Under the pieces are notes generated by a model. It did no database searches. It was not told the origin of the DNA and saw only the letters and a list, made by a program, of their open reading frames with translations. Below, piece after piece: positions 1-9,528 of a stretch of 64,000 bases of DNA. The stretch's first letter is position 1. Each line of letters opens with the position of its first letter. Location of the stretch: the NCBI GenBank assembly GCA_963769885.1, contig CAVYNH010000004.1:224001-288000 (forward strand), given 5' to 3'. The position numbers and the translations under genes are program-made. This DNA comes from Methanobacteriota archaeon. Lineage in GTDB: Archaea > Thermoplasmatota > E2 > DHVEG-1.

Positions 1-2
1 AA

Positions 3-1301
3 TTCAACCATCAATTCTTAAAAGGAATAAAATATCTTGTCCCTGAATTACAGAAAAAAGGAAAAACGCCAATCGTCCGAGAAATAAAAAACAACAATAC
101 GTATTATCATCAGACGATAATCTACATCCCCGAGAATCAGCGGATTCGGGTTTATGCTACAGATATAACGGACCGAAAACGAGCTGAGGAAACACTTCGG
201 AATAGTGAAGAGAAATATCGAGGGATTGTTGAAAATACATCGAATGTCATTATGGTAACCCAACCAGACGGTATAATATCGTATTTAAGTCCATCATGCA
301 AAGAGGTAATCGGCTATCTTCCCAAGGAACTCGTCGGTACAAACCCGGTCATCTTTCACCCAGATGATGTCCAAAAAGTCCAGCACGCGTTAACACGAGC
401 TTTGAAGGGAGAAAAAGGGTCGGGGTTCGAATACCGAATTCTGACGAAGCAAGGGAACATCAGATGGGTTTCACATTCTTGGTCTCCAATTATTATCGAC
501 AATAAAATACAATCAATAGTCAGCGTAATTGAGGATATCACTAATCGTAAGGAAACAGAAAATAATATCAAAGAATTGAATGAAAACTTGATACATCAGG
601 CTATCGATCTTGCGGCAGCGAACAAGGAACTCGAGGCATTCAGTTATTCGGTTTCTCATGATTTGCGAGCGCCGCTCCGAAGCATCGATGGATTCAGCCA
701 GGCACTAATGGAAGACTATACCGATGTCCTCGATGAGCAGGGAAAAGAATATCTCAAACGTGTACAGAAAGCCACGCAGCGCATGGGGCAGCTCATCGAT
801 GATATGCTTAAGCTGTCGCGGTTAACAAGAGCTGAGATGACGATAAACACGGTGGATTTAAGTGAAACAGCTACAGCTATTATGGAGCGGTTTGAGAAAG
901 AGGAGCCGACGAGAAAGGTTGAGTTCAGCAAACAGGACAATCTCCTGGCGACAGGAGATCCAAATCTCCTTAACATCCTCCTTGAGAATTTACTTGGAAA
1001 CGCATGGAAATTTACGAAGAAACGGAAACGGGCAGTAATTGAATTTGGCAAAATACAACAAGAACAAGAAACTGTGTTTTTCATCAGAGACAATGGCGCT
1101 GGTTTTGACATGAAATACGTCGATAAAATATTCATCCCCTTCCAGCGGCTCCATGATGATATTGATTATCCTGGTACAGGGATAGGACTTGGCATCGTGT
1201 CCCGTATCATCCATCGTCACGGAGGACGAATCTGGGCAGAAGCAGAAGAAAATAAAGGAGCAACGTTCTATTTCACATTAGGAGGAAAAATCAATGACTA
1301 A
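3..1301 (+). CDS. PAS-domain sensor histidine kinase (Cph1-like HisKA + HATPase), 5'-truncated by the window edge
   Basis: Frame is open from position 3 (FNHQFLKG...TDITDRKRAEE) into the ORF at 252. PAS/PAC; H-box LEAFSYSVSHDLRAPLR; N box NLLGNAWKF; G boxes DNGAGF and GTGIGL. Confidence 0.93.
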   Translation, partial: FNHQFLKGIKYLVPELQKKGKTPIVREIKNNNTYYHQTIIYIPENQRIRVYATDITDRKRAEETLRNSEEKYRGIVENTSNVIMVTQPDGIISYLSPSCKEVIGYLPKELVGTNPVIFHPDDVQKVQHALTRALKGEKGSGFEYRILTKQGNIRWVSHSWSPIIIDNKIQSIVSVIEDITNRKETENNIKELNENLIHQAIDLAAANKELEAFSYSVSHDLRAPLRSIDGFSQALMEDYTDVLDEQGKEYLKRVQKATQRMGQLIDDMLKLSRLTRAEMTINTVDLSETATAIMERFEKEEPTRKVEFSKQDNLLATGDPNLLNILLENLLGNAWKFTKKRKRAVIEFGKIQQEQETVFFIRDNGAGFDMKYVDKIFIPFQRLHDDIDYPGTGIGLGIVSRIIHRHGGRIWAEAEENKGATFYFTLGGKIND

Positions 1302-2892
1302 ACAACTACGTGTGTTATTGGTGGAAGATTCGCAAGATGATGCAGCATTGCTCGAAAGAGCGTTGAAAAAAGGCGGTGTTCAGCTTGCCATGAATCGGGT
1401 GGAAACCGCAGAGATGATGAAAAAAGCGTTAGAAAAACAAGACTGGGATGTAATCATCTCTGATTATGTCCTTCCCCGTTTTAGCGGGTTAGAAGCATTA
1501 AACGTGCTAAAGAAAATCGGAAAAGACTTACCTTTCATTATCGTCTCAGGGAAAATCGGTGAAGACACCGCAGTGGAGACCATGAGAGCAGGGGCCCACG
1601 ATTACATCATGAAAGGAAATCTTGCGCGTCTAATCCCTGCTATTGAACGAGAAATGGAAGAAGCGAAAATCAGACAAAAAAAGAGAGACGCTGAAGAAGA
1701 ATTGCGCAAATCCTATCATGAGTTAGCTGATGCTACCACGCAACTGGAAGCGGCGAATAAACAATTACGAGCTGAGATCGATGAAAGGAAAAAGGTGGAG
1801 AAAAATGTTCTTGAGATCAAGGAGCACCTGCAGAATGTCATTGATAGCGCAACTGATCTAATCGTATCACTGGATGCTAATAAGCGGGTAACAACATGGA
1901 ATAAAACCGCAGAAACCATGACCGGATACAGTCAGAAAGAGGTCATAAATCGAAGCATCACGAAGTTCTCACTCTTTGAAAATCCCCAAAAATTATTAGA
2001 TCTTATTAAAAACATATCCGCTGAGGATCAACCGGGGTATGAAGATTTCATTATTATTTCAAAAAATCAAGCGAAAAAAATTGTTCGATTCTCCGGTTCG
2101 ATTATTAAAAGCAAAGATGCGCCAAGCAGTGGTGTGCTTCTTATCGGACGCGATATCACTCGCGAGATGGACATTCATGGTAAGCTACTCCCTGGGAACA
2201 GCTACCTGATTCCCGAGAAGAAAGGCACTGCTACTGTTGATTTACTCGTCGACCTGGCGACCTCCGGATACTCAGGCATAATGATTACGCGAATGGACCC
2301 GGAAGTAGTGAAAAACACCATCTCAGCGGCTAAGATACAACTCTACCTCTTAGGACAAGAACAAGGGAAAGGCTATACCGCCATTCCAACATTACAGATG
2401 TTATCACAGAAAATAAAGGAACTTGGGAAGCAAAAGAATAATTCAGTGATTCTTTTGGAACGACTTGATTATCTCATCAACCGGTTCTCCTTTGAAAATG
2501 TGATGAATACACTCTATGACATCAACGATGCTGTCATGAAGAACAAAAATCTCTTATTACTCAGATTAGATCCAGCCACGATTCAACCGACTCAAATGGC
2601 CCTTATTGAAAATGAGTTTCAGCTCTTGCCTAGTCAGAAAATAGAGGGGTTAACATTAGAAGACGAAGTCTATGACATCCTCAAGTTTATCAACGAACAA
2701 AACCAGAACAATGCAGTCGTGCCAATAAAAAAGGTCATGGGCCGATTCAAACTTGCGTATTCAACCGTAGCAAAACGTTTACAGATGCTAGAGGCGAAAG
2801 GGCTTATCTTTACAAAAAAACAAGGGAAGTTACGAACCGTTACTATTTCAGACAAAGGAAAAACATTTTTACATAAACGACAGGCTGTGTAA
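1294..2892 (+). CDS. Response regulator REC-coiled coil-PAS-DUF835-winged HTH
   Basis: REC motifs (LLVEDS, IISDYVLP, DYIMK); PAS (WNKTAETMTGYS); DUF835-like (VILLERLDYLINRFSF); C-terminal MarR-like wHTH (STVAKRLQMLEAKGLI). Confidence 0.8.
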   Translation: MTKQLRVLLVEDSQDDAALLERALKKGGVQLAMNRVETAEMMKKALEKQDWDVIISDYVLPRFSGLEALNVLKKIGKDLPFIIVSGKIGEDTAVETMRAGAHDYIMKGNLARLIPAIEREMEEAKIRQKKRDAEEELRKSYHELADATTQLEAANKQLRAEIDERKKVEKNVLEIKEHLQNVIDSATDLIVSLDANKRVTTWNKTAETMTGYSQKEVINRSITKFSLFENPQKLLDLIKNISAEDQPGYEDFIIISKNQAKKIVRFSGSIIKSKDAPSSGVLLIGRDITREMDIHGKLLPGNSYLIPEKKGTATVDLLVDLATSGYSGIMITRMDPEVVKNTISAAKIQLYLLGQEQGKGYTAIPTLQMLSQKIKELGKQKNNSVILLERLDYLINRFSFENVMNTLYDINDAVMKNKNLLLLRLDPATIQPTQMALIENEFQLLPSQKIEGLTLEDEVYDILKFINEQNQNNAVVPIKKVMGRFKLAYSTVAKRLQMLEAKGLIFTKKQGKLRTVTISDKGKTFLHKRQAV

Positions 2893-2993
2893 CAGGGGCA
2901 CTATTTAATTAAAATCTCTTCATTTCTTAATTAATTTTAAATTAATCTTTAATAGTAATATTTTTTAATCAAGAACAAAAAAGGTGATTACCA

Positions 2994-3398
2994 ATGAATA
3001 CTATAGTGGATGAACTAGGAAATGATGCAGGAAAACTCTGGCAGACCTTGCATTCAAATGGAACTTTCTTTTCCCAAACAAAGCTACAAAAAAATGCGAA
3101 TCTCTCCGAGGAAGCATTCTATAGAGCTGTAGGATGGCTTGCTCGTGAGAATAAAATCTATAAAACCGGGGTAACCTATCGACTAGGTGTGACGAATCTA
3201 ACCCCGATAATTGGATCTAACGCGGGAAAAATCTGGCATTTTCTTAATACTCAAAAAGAAGCAGATGTCACCGCAATTATACAACAAACCAAAATCGACG
3301 AACAGGATGTACATTCTGCTATTGGATGGTTGGCGCGAGAAAATAAAATCGATGCACAGGTCGGGAAAAACAACCAACTAGTGTTCCGATTAAAATAG
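2994..3398 (+). CDS. Tandem DUF2582-type winged-helix protein
   Basis: Two copies of AGKxWxxL...A(V/I)GWLARENKI. Confidence 0.8.
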   Translation: MNTIVDELGNDAGKLWQTLHSNGTFFSQTKLQKNANLSEEAFYRAVGWLARENKIYKTGVTYRLGVTNLTPIIGSNAGKIWHFLNTQKEADVTAIIQQTKIDEQDVHSAIGWLARENKIDAQVGKNNQLVFRLK

Positions 3399-3518
3399 AA
3401 ACAAATACATTTGTTCTGCATCTGTTTCTTATGCATTTTTTCACTATTTATTTATATACTAACCTCAATTCTATAATGAAAGGTAACGGTTAAATACAAA
3501 GTAGAAGGGATTTGCTCC

Positions 3519-3965
3519 ATGGAAAAGAAAAAGATATTGCTCGTTGAAGACAATACAGATGATATTCTATTGGTTCGACGTGCATTTTCAAAAACGAAAC
3601 TCTCTGATAAATATGATCTAATCATCACCCAAGATGGATATGAGACAATCCGCTATCTAGAAAATGATGGCAATTCACAAAAAACCGCAACAAATCACGC
3701 TCCGATTGCGTTCCTTCTTCTTGACTTAAATCTCCCACGAATGAACGGTTTTGAGATACTAGAACGAATACGAAGCAACGAAAAATGTAAACTGATCCCA
3801 GTAATAATCTTCACCTCATCAAAAGAAGAACAGGACATCACAAAATCATATATCTCCGGTGCTAATGGATACGTGCGAAAACCTATCGATTCTGGGAAAT
3901 TTACTTCAGTGCTCCAAGATATCGTTACGTACTGGGGAGATGTCAACGAAATACCGATGAAATAA
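3519..3965 (+). CDS. Single-domain response regulator (Rcp1-like)
   Basis: LLVEDN, LLDLNLPRMNG, IFTSS, GANGYVRKP. Confidence 0.92.
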   Translation: MEKKKILLVEDNTDDILLVRRAFSKTKLSDKYDLIITQDGYETIRYLENDGNSQKTATNHAPIAFLLLDLNLPRMNGFEILERIRSNEKCKLIPVIIFTSSKEEQDITKSYISGANGYVRKPIDSGKFTSVLQDIVTYWGDVNEIPMK

Positions 3966-4276
3966 AAAAGAATTTTTGAATTCCCTCGGTCGCTGTTCCG
4001 TGTTAAAGTCCCAATTTAACTTATTCTTCACACATTTTTTATATGTTTTTAAATAATGATTTTATAATGCAAAGGAAATCCTTTCTACCATGAACTTGAT
4101 GGAGAGTTGTAGAGCGAAAAAAATATTGTTGATCTCCTTTCTCATCCCTCCCCTCCTCTCTTTTTTCTAAAACACTCTACAACACTTCCATCCAAGCCAA
4201 ATCACAATAGAAAAAACCGATAACAATGATGAGGTTATTTCAATACAAACATTGAAGAACCATGAAAGGTGAAAAA

Positions 4277-4468
4277 ATGGAGCAATATGAATGTATGAGC
4301 TGCCGGCGCACTGCATCAATAGATGAAGATGAAAAACCGCCGGTCTGCTGTGGAAAAGCTATGAATAAGAAACTACCGCTGGATATTTGTCTCCAACCTG
4401 GACATTCAGAACATGCTCGGCCCATGGAAGATGAAGACGCCTGTGATGATTTCCGCGCGGGAACCTAA
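4277..4468 (+). CDS. Small Cys-rich metal-binding protein (desulforedoxin-like CxxC-x14-CCG)
   Basis: YECMSC...PVCCGKAM; AGGTGA RBS before ATG 4277. Confidence 0.6.
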   Translation: MEQYECMSCRRTASIDEDEKPPVCCGKAMNKKLPLDICLQPGHSEHARPMEDEDACDDFRAGT

Positions 4469-4571
4469 GAAAAAATCTCTATAAAATTAACCGTTTTTTA
4501 ATTATCTTTAAACCGTTTTTAAGTTATGGCTTTATGGAGACGGTCAATTAAGATATGTGGAGGTAATACAT

Positions 4572-5084
4572 ATGCCAATAAAAAAAGAAAAAAAAGGAAA
4601 ACTTGCTATTGTTCCAAAGCAAAAAGCTGAGGTAATCGCACAGAGACCATATGAGTTATGGTCAGATATGGACCAACTATTTAATCAATTCAGAACCAAC
4701 GTTGATGAGCTGTTTTGGGGACCAAAAACAGATCTTCTGGCAATCCCTGAATACCGAACACCTCTTGTGGATATCGTTGATCATGGCGACAAATATGAAA
4801 TGCATGTAGAAATGCCGGGAATCAAAAAAGAAGATATTAGCATCGAAGTATCACCCACGATGGTTGAAATCAGTGCCGAACATGAAGAAAAAAGTGAGGA
4901 CAAGGGGAAGAACTGGCTACGGCAGGAACGAACAAGCATGGATTTCTATCGCTCGTTCCAAGTCCCTGAGAACGTGAAAACCGGAAAAGTAGAAGCGGAA
5001 CTCAAAGATGGGGTACTTACACTATTACTACCAAAAGCAGAGCCGAAACCAAAATATGAGACAACCAAAGTGAAAGTAAAATAA
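4572..5084 (+). CDS. hsp20: Small heat-shock protein Hsp20
   Basis: Alpha-crystallin domain (PLVDIVD..EMPGIKKEDI..AELKDGVLTLLLPK), C-terminal VKV motif; GGAGGT RBS before ATG 4572. Confidence 0.93.
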   Translation: MPIKKEKKGKLAIVPKQKAEVIAQRPYELWSDMDQLFNQFRTNVDELFWGPKTDLLAIPEYRTPLVDIVDHGDKYEMHVEMPGIKKEDISIEVSPTMVEISAEHEEKSEDKGKNWLRQERTSMDFYRSFQVPENVKTGKVEAELKDGVLTLLLPKAEPKPKYETTKVKVK

Positions 5085-5144
5085 TCTGCAATACTACCAA
5101 AAAAAACGTTCAACGAATAACAGGAAAAAAATGAGGCGTTTGTC

Positions 5145-5591
5145 ATGACAAAAGAAAAAATCATTGAATTATTAAATCATGGGCTAGAGCTGGAACATGC
5201 TGCTTATGTGCAGTACTTGAGCCACGCGGAGATCGTCGATGGAATAAACGCCGAGCCTATTATCGCGCGACTTAAAGAAATCGCCAGCGACGAGAAAGGA
5301 CATCAAGAAAAATTCCGAACATTAATTGGTGACCTCGGCGGGGTACCAAGCGTCGATTTTCAACCAAGACACCCGGCAACAAACATCAAACAGATCCTCG
5401 AAGTGAATTTAAAGGACGAAAAAACCGCGGTCGATACGTATCGGAAAATCCTTGAAGAGTTAAAAAAAGAGAAAGGAAAAGGGTATTACGATCATCTCCT
5501 GGAACATGAAATCAGGCACATCCTGATGGAAGAACAAGAACATATCACTGAGCTTGAACTCTTACTGGGAACTCAAGGGACGAGCTATTAG
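5145..5591 (+). CDS. Ferritin-like / bacterioferritin-family diiron protein
   Basis: LELEHAAYVQY, DEKGH, DEKTAVDTY, EEQEH diiron motifs. Confidence 0.85.
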   Translation: MTKEKIIELLNHGLELEHAAYVQYLSHAEIVDGINAEPIIARLKEIASDEKGHQEKFRTLIGDLGGVPSVDFQPRHPATNIKQILEVNLKDEKTAVDTYRKILEELKKEKGKGYYDHLLEHEIRHILMEEQEHITELELLLGTQGTSY

Positions 5592-5624
5592 CTAGAATCA
5601 AAAGAGATTAATCAGGAAAAAGGT

Positions 5625-5735
5625 ATGGGCGAAAAGGAGACGCTTATTTCTACAGCCTATAGCGGCACGTGGTTGTTTGTCTGTCTTCTAATCATCATTA
5701 GCATTGCCACGTTGATAATTAATTTTCTCTACTAG
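5625..5735 (+). CDS. Putative 36-aa single-TM peptide
   Basis: MGEKETLISTAYSGTWLFVCLLIIISIATLIINFLY*, translated by hand; below the ORF-track cutoff. Confidence 0.4.
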   Translation: MGEKETLISTAYSGTWLFVCLLIIISIATLIINFLY

Positions 5736-5760
5736 CGAAGCCGCAACTCTAAAAAATATT

Positions 5761-6300
5761 TCAAACCTTTTTTTCCTGTTTTTCTATGAACTGAGTATAA
5801 TGTTTATGAATAGTACTCGTATCGAAATCGATGAATTCTCGGAGCATATCGTCGCATTCTTTACGAGTAAAATATTCCATGGTTGGGAAGAAAAAGTGCT
5901 TGTCTTCTGTCTCAATATGCTGATGATACAGTATCATCAGCTGTCCTATTTTGTTGTGGATCTTCTGGAGGGCCGTATCATCTCCCCGGAGATATCGTTG
6001 GTTAGCAGTGTTAAGGCTACGTATTATCTGCCGCGCTCGTCTGTGATCATACACTAACTGCTTCAGAATCGCCTTGTGTTTCGTGGTAAGCTTTTTGTGC
6101 AACAGAGCCTTAAAAAGGATGTCTTCTTCTTTTCCATGATGGGGCATATCTACATAGGTCTGAAAAAAATCAATGGCAGCATTGATAAACATCGCATCGA
6201 TTTTTTTACTCACTGTACTTCTTTCCATTTCGCTTTCGAGTAATGGCAGTATTCGCTCAATCAAACGGTGCTCTCTCATTAACATTCCGATCGGCTGCAT
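5761..6300 (-). CDS. Hemerythrin/HHE cation-binding domain protein
   Basis: LMREHRLI, HHGKEEDILF, HIETEDKHFFP. Confidence 0.88.
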   Translation of the reverse strand: MQPIGMLMREHRLIERILPLLESEMERSTVSKKIDAMFINAAIDFFQTYVDMPHHGKEEDILFKALLHKKLTTKHKAILKQLVYDHRRARQIIRSLNTANQRYLRGDDTALQKIHNKIGQLMILYHQHIETEDKHFFFPTMEYFTRKECDDMLREFIDFDTSTIHKHYTQFIEKQEKKV

Positions 6301-6309
6301 ACTTATTGC

Positions 6310-6888
6310 TTACCTCTCAATCTCATTCGAAAAATCATTCATGAGCTTATTTGTTATTGCACAGGAACCCGCGTTCCAGGCTTTGTGTGTGTTTTTTTTA
6401 TTCATCTGGATGTGAAGAACGCCGTTGACGAGTCTAGTCTCAACAACGTCCGGATTCGCTTTCTTAGGAAATCGAAGGTAACGGCACAAGGTGGAATACC
6501 CTCGCTTGCGCTTCATGTACCCTTCATTCTCCTATCGGATATGTTTTTCTGTTTGGCCGCAAATACTAATGGTTTTTGACGGGACAATAACTTTAATGTT
6601 TTTATATTGACCTGCGGCATTCCTGTCATGATTTTGTGTCCTTGACCGACATTTGCGAAGTCAACCGGAAATATTTTCAAATGGTTCTCAGATGGTATCC
6701 CAAGAGATGGATTCACTATCCAATTGGTTCCATTATGGATTAATCAAGGATCCATCATAGAACATCCTGTTGATATCATCCCAGATGTCAAAGGGGCTCT
6801 CAAACAGAGGGACCAAGGCTTTTTGCGGAAAAGATTCTTGTTTTTGTTTAGTATGTATCGTAAGTTTTTTCGCTTTCTGCTTGACCAT
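6310..6888 (-). pseudogene. Degenerate hsp20 pseudogene
   Basis: Fragments in different frames: PFDIWDDINRMF; FPVDFANVG..TGMPQVN; RGYSTLCRYLRFPKKANPDVVETRLVNGVLHIQM. These follow Hsp20 order but are broken by stops and frameshifts. Confidence 0.7.
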
Positions 6889-7179
6889 ACGACAATCCCC
6901 TACAACAGCTCTGATCAATTAATAGGTAGGTTTGTGAATCTGCTGAAGAAGATCTCGTTCTTCTCGGGTGAGATATTTTTCCCGCAGAGTATCTTCAGAG
7001 TCAAAGAACATAGAGCTCTTTCCTCCTTGATAATCAAGAGACGCTAACAGGTTAAAAAATTGATTCAAAAACAGGTAGAAAATAAATAGAAAATATTTTC
7101 AATTCATGGTGGTAAAAAAAGAGGAAAAGAGGGGAAGGAGTGTATTTTCCCTCTTGAGTCCTGGTTTGGTTCGAATCAT

Positions 7180-9528
7180 CTACAGGGTGACCCTGATCGA
7201 GAGCCCTTTTATCGCTGTCGCTCCAACGCTGTCCGTGAGTTTGACGTTGAAGTAAAAGGTACCGAGTCTTGTCGGCTTCCCGGAGATTGTACCGGTTGTT
7301 GCTGCGAGGGTAAGTCCATTGGGGAGCGTGCCCACTGATATTGACCATGTGTACGGAGGCGAACCGCCAGTCGCTGCCAGGGTTTGTGAATAGGGCCGGA
7401 AGATTCGGCCATTCGGAAGCGAGGTAGTGGTAATCGTTGGTACCGGTCTGACGGTGATGGATAAAGCCTTCGTCGCTAAACCGCCAACACTATCTGTTAG
7501 TGTGACAGTGAAGCTCAATGTTCCAGCAGTGGTTGGTGTCCCGGAAATAATACCGGTTGATGCACCAAGAGACAGTCCAGCCGGTAGAGCACCAGCAGTT
7601 ATTGTCCAAGTGTACGGAGGTGTGCCACCCGTACCTGTGAGGGTCTGGCTATATGCGATGTTGACTTGTCCGTTGGGGAGTGACGTAGTGGTAATCGTTG
7701 GTATCGGTTGGATGGTTATCGAGAAGGCCTTGGTCCCCATACCACCAATGCTGTCGGTTACTTTTATGGTAAAACTGAAGGTACCGGCAGTGGTTGGTGT
7801 GCCAGAAATGATGCCAGTTGATGCACCAAGCAGCAGCCCAGCAGGCAGAGAACCAGCTGACACAGACCAGGTGTACGGAACCCAGCCGCCAGTAGCCGCT
7901 AGAGTCTGACTATATATCACACTGACTTCACCGTTAGGGAGCGAGGCGGTCGTAATCGTCGGTGCGGCCTTGATGATAATAGTAAGAGCCTTCGTCCCCG
8001 TACCACCGACACCGTCAGTCACCATGATAGTGAAACTATAGGTGCCCACAGTAGTCGGTGTCCCGGATATGACCCCAGTTGATGCACCAAGAGACAATCC
8101 CGCAGGCAACGAACCAGTTGACACAGACCAGGTGTACGGAACCCAGCCGCCAGTAGCCGCCAGAGTCTGGCTATATGCAGCACCAACATCTCCGCCCGGA
8201 AGTGTTGTGGTAGTGATTGTCGGAGCAACATTGATGATAATGGATAGCGGTTTTGTAGCAGTACCACCAACACCGTCAGTCACCATGATAGTGAAACTGA
8301 AGGTACCTGCAGTGGTCGGCGTCCCCGAGATCACACCAGTAGTCGCCCCAAGAGACAATCCCGCAGGCAAAGACCCTACTGATATCGTCCAGGTATACGG
8401 TAGAGTCCCACCAACAGCTCCTAGCGTCTGTTGATAGGTAATCCCAACATCACTGGCACCAAGGGATGTGGTGGTAATAACCGGTATTGGGTTGATGATG
8501 ATGGAGAGGGGTTGTATCGCTATGCCGCTCATACTGTCGACGAGTCTTACCGTGAAGCTGTAGGTGCCTGCGGTGGTTGGCGTCCCTGAGATGATGCCGG
8601 TTGTTGCTCCAATTGTCAATCCCGCGGGTAATGATCCTGCTGATATTGACCAGGTGAATGGTAGGGTTCCACCTGTGGCCGCTAGGGTCTGACTGTAGGG
8701 GATATTGACTTGTCCATTGGGGAGCAAAGTAGTTGTGATTGTCGGCGCTGGGCTGATGGTGACGGTGAATGGTGTTGTCGCCGTACCGGTTACGCTATCC
8801 GTAAGCAGGACAGTAAAGCTATAGGTGCCTGCGGTGGTCGGCGTCCCTGAGATGATGCCGGTTGTCGCTCCGATTGTCAACCCAGGAGGCAGGGATCCCA
8901 CTGAGATAGACCAAGCATAGGGGGTCCAGCCGCCAGTAGCAGCCAGGGTCTGACTGTACACGACATTTACTTCACCGTTTGGAAGAGACGTGGTGGTTAT
9001 TGTCGGCGCAACCTTAATAATTATTGAGAGCGCCTGTGTTGCTACGCCACCTGCACTGTCGACGAGACTTACCGTGAAGCTGTAGGTGCCTGCGGTGGTT
9101 GGCGTCCCAGAGATGACGCCGGTCGTGGTTCCAATTGTCAATCCCGCCGGTAATGATCCAGCTGATATTGACCAGGTGAATGGTACTGAACCACCGGTTT
9201 CTCCAATGGTCTGGCTATAGGCGACTCCGATGTCACCACCAGGTAACGTGATTGTCGTAATCACTGGTGCTGCGTTGATGATGATTGATAACGGTTTTAT
9301 TCCTACGCCGCCAATATTGTCAATCACTTGGACCGTGAACCCGTAGGTGCCAATCGTCGTTGGAGTGCCAGAGATAATCCCTGTCGAAGGAGCGATTGAG
9401 AGACCCGCTGGTAACGAACCGATTGATATCGACCATGTGTAGGGTAGAGTACCACCTATGGCAGTTAGTGTTTGACCGTATACGACTCCAACATCTCCAG
9501 CGGGTAGTGAGGTTGTGGTAATCACTGG
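7180..9528 (-). repeat. Nine tandem 261-bp (87-aa) putative Ig (He_PIG-like) repeats
   Basis: Unit P(V/T)ITTTSLPxGxVxxxYSQTL..GG..PYTWS..GSLPAGL..TG.ISGTPT; 261-bp period. Confidence 0.93.

Noticed and set aside
2900-2970. AT-rich palindromes before the DUF2582 gene
   Set aside because: Too low in complexity to distinguish from chance.
7180-9528. 261-bp repeats as a non-coding array
   Set aside because: In-frame protein domain repeats.
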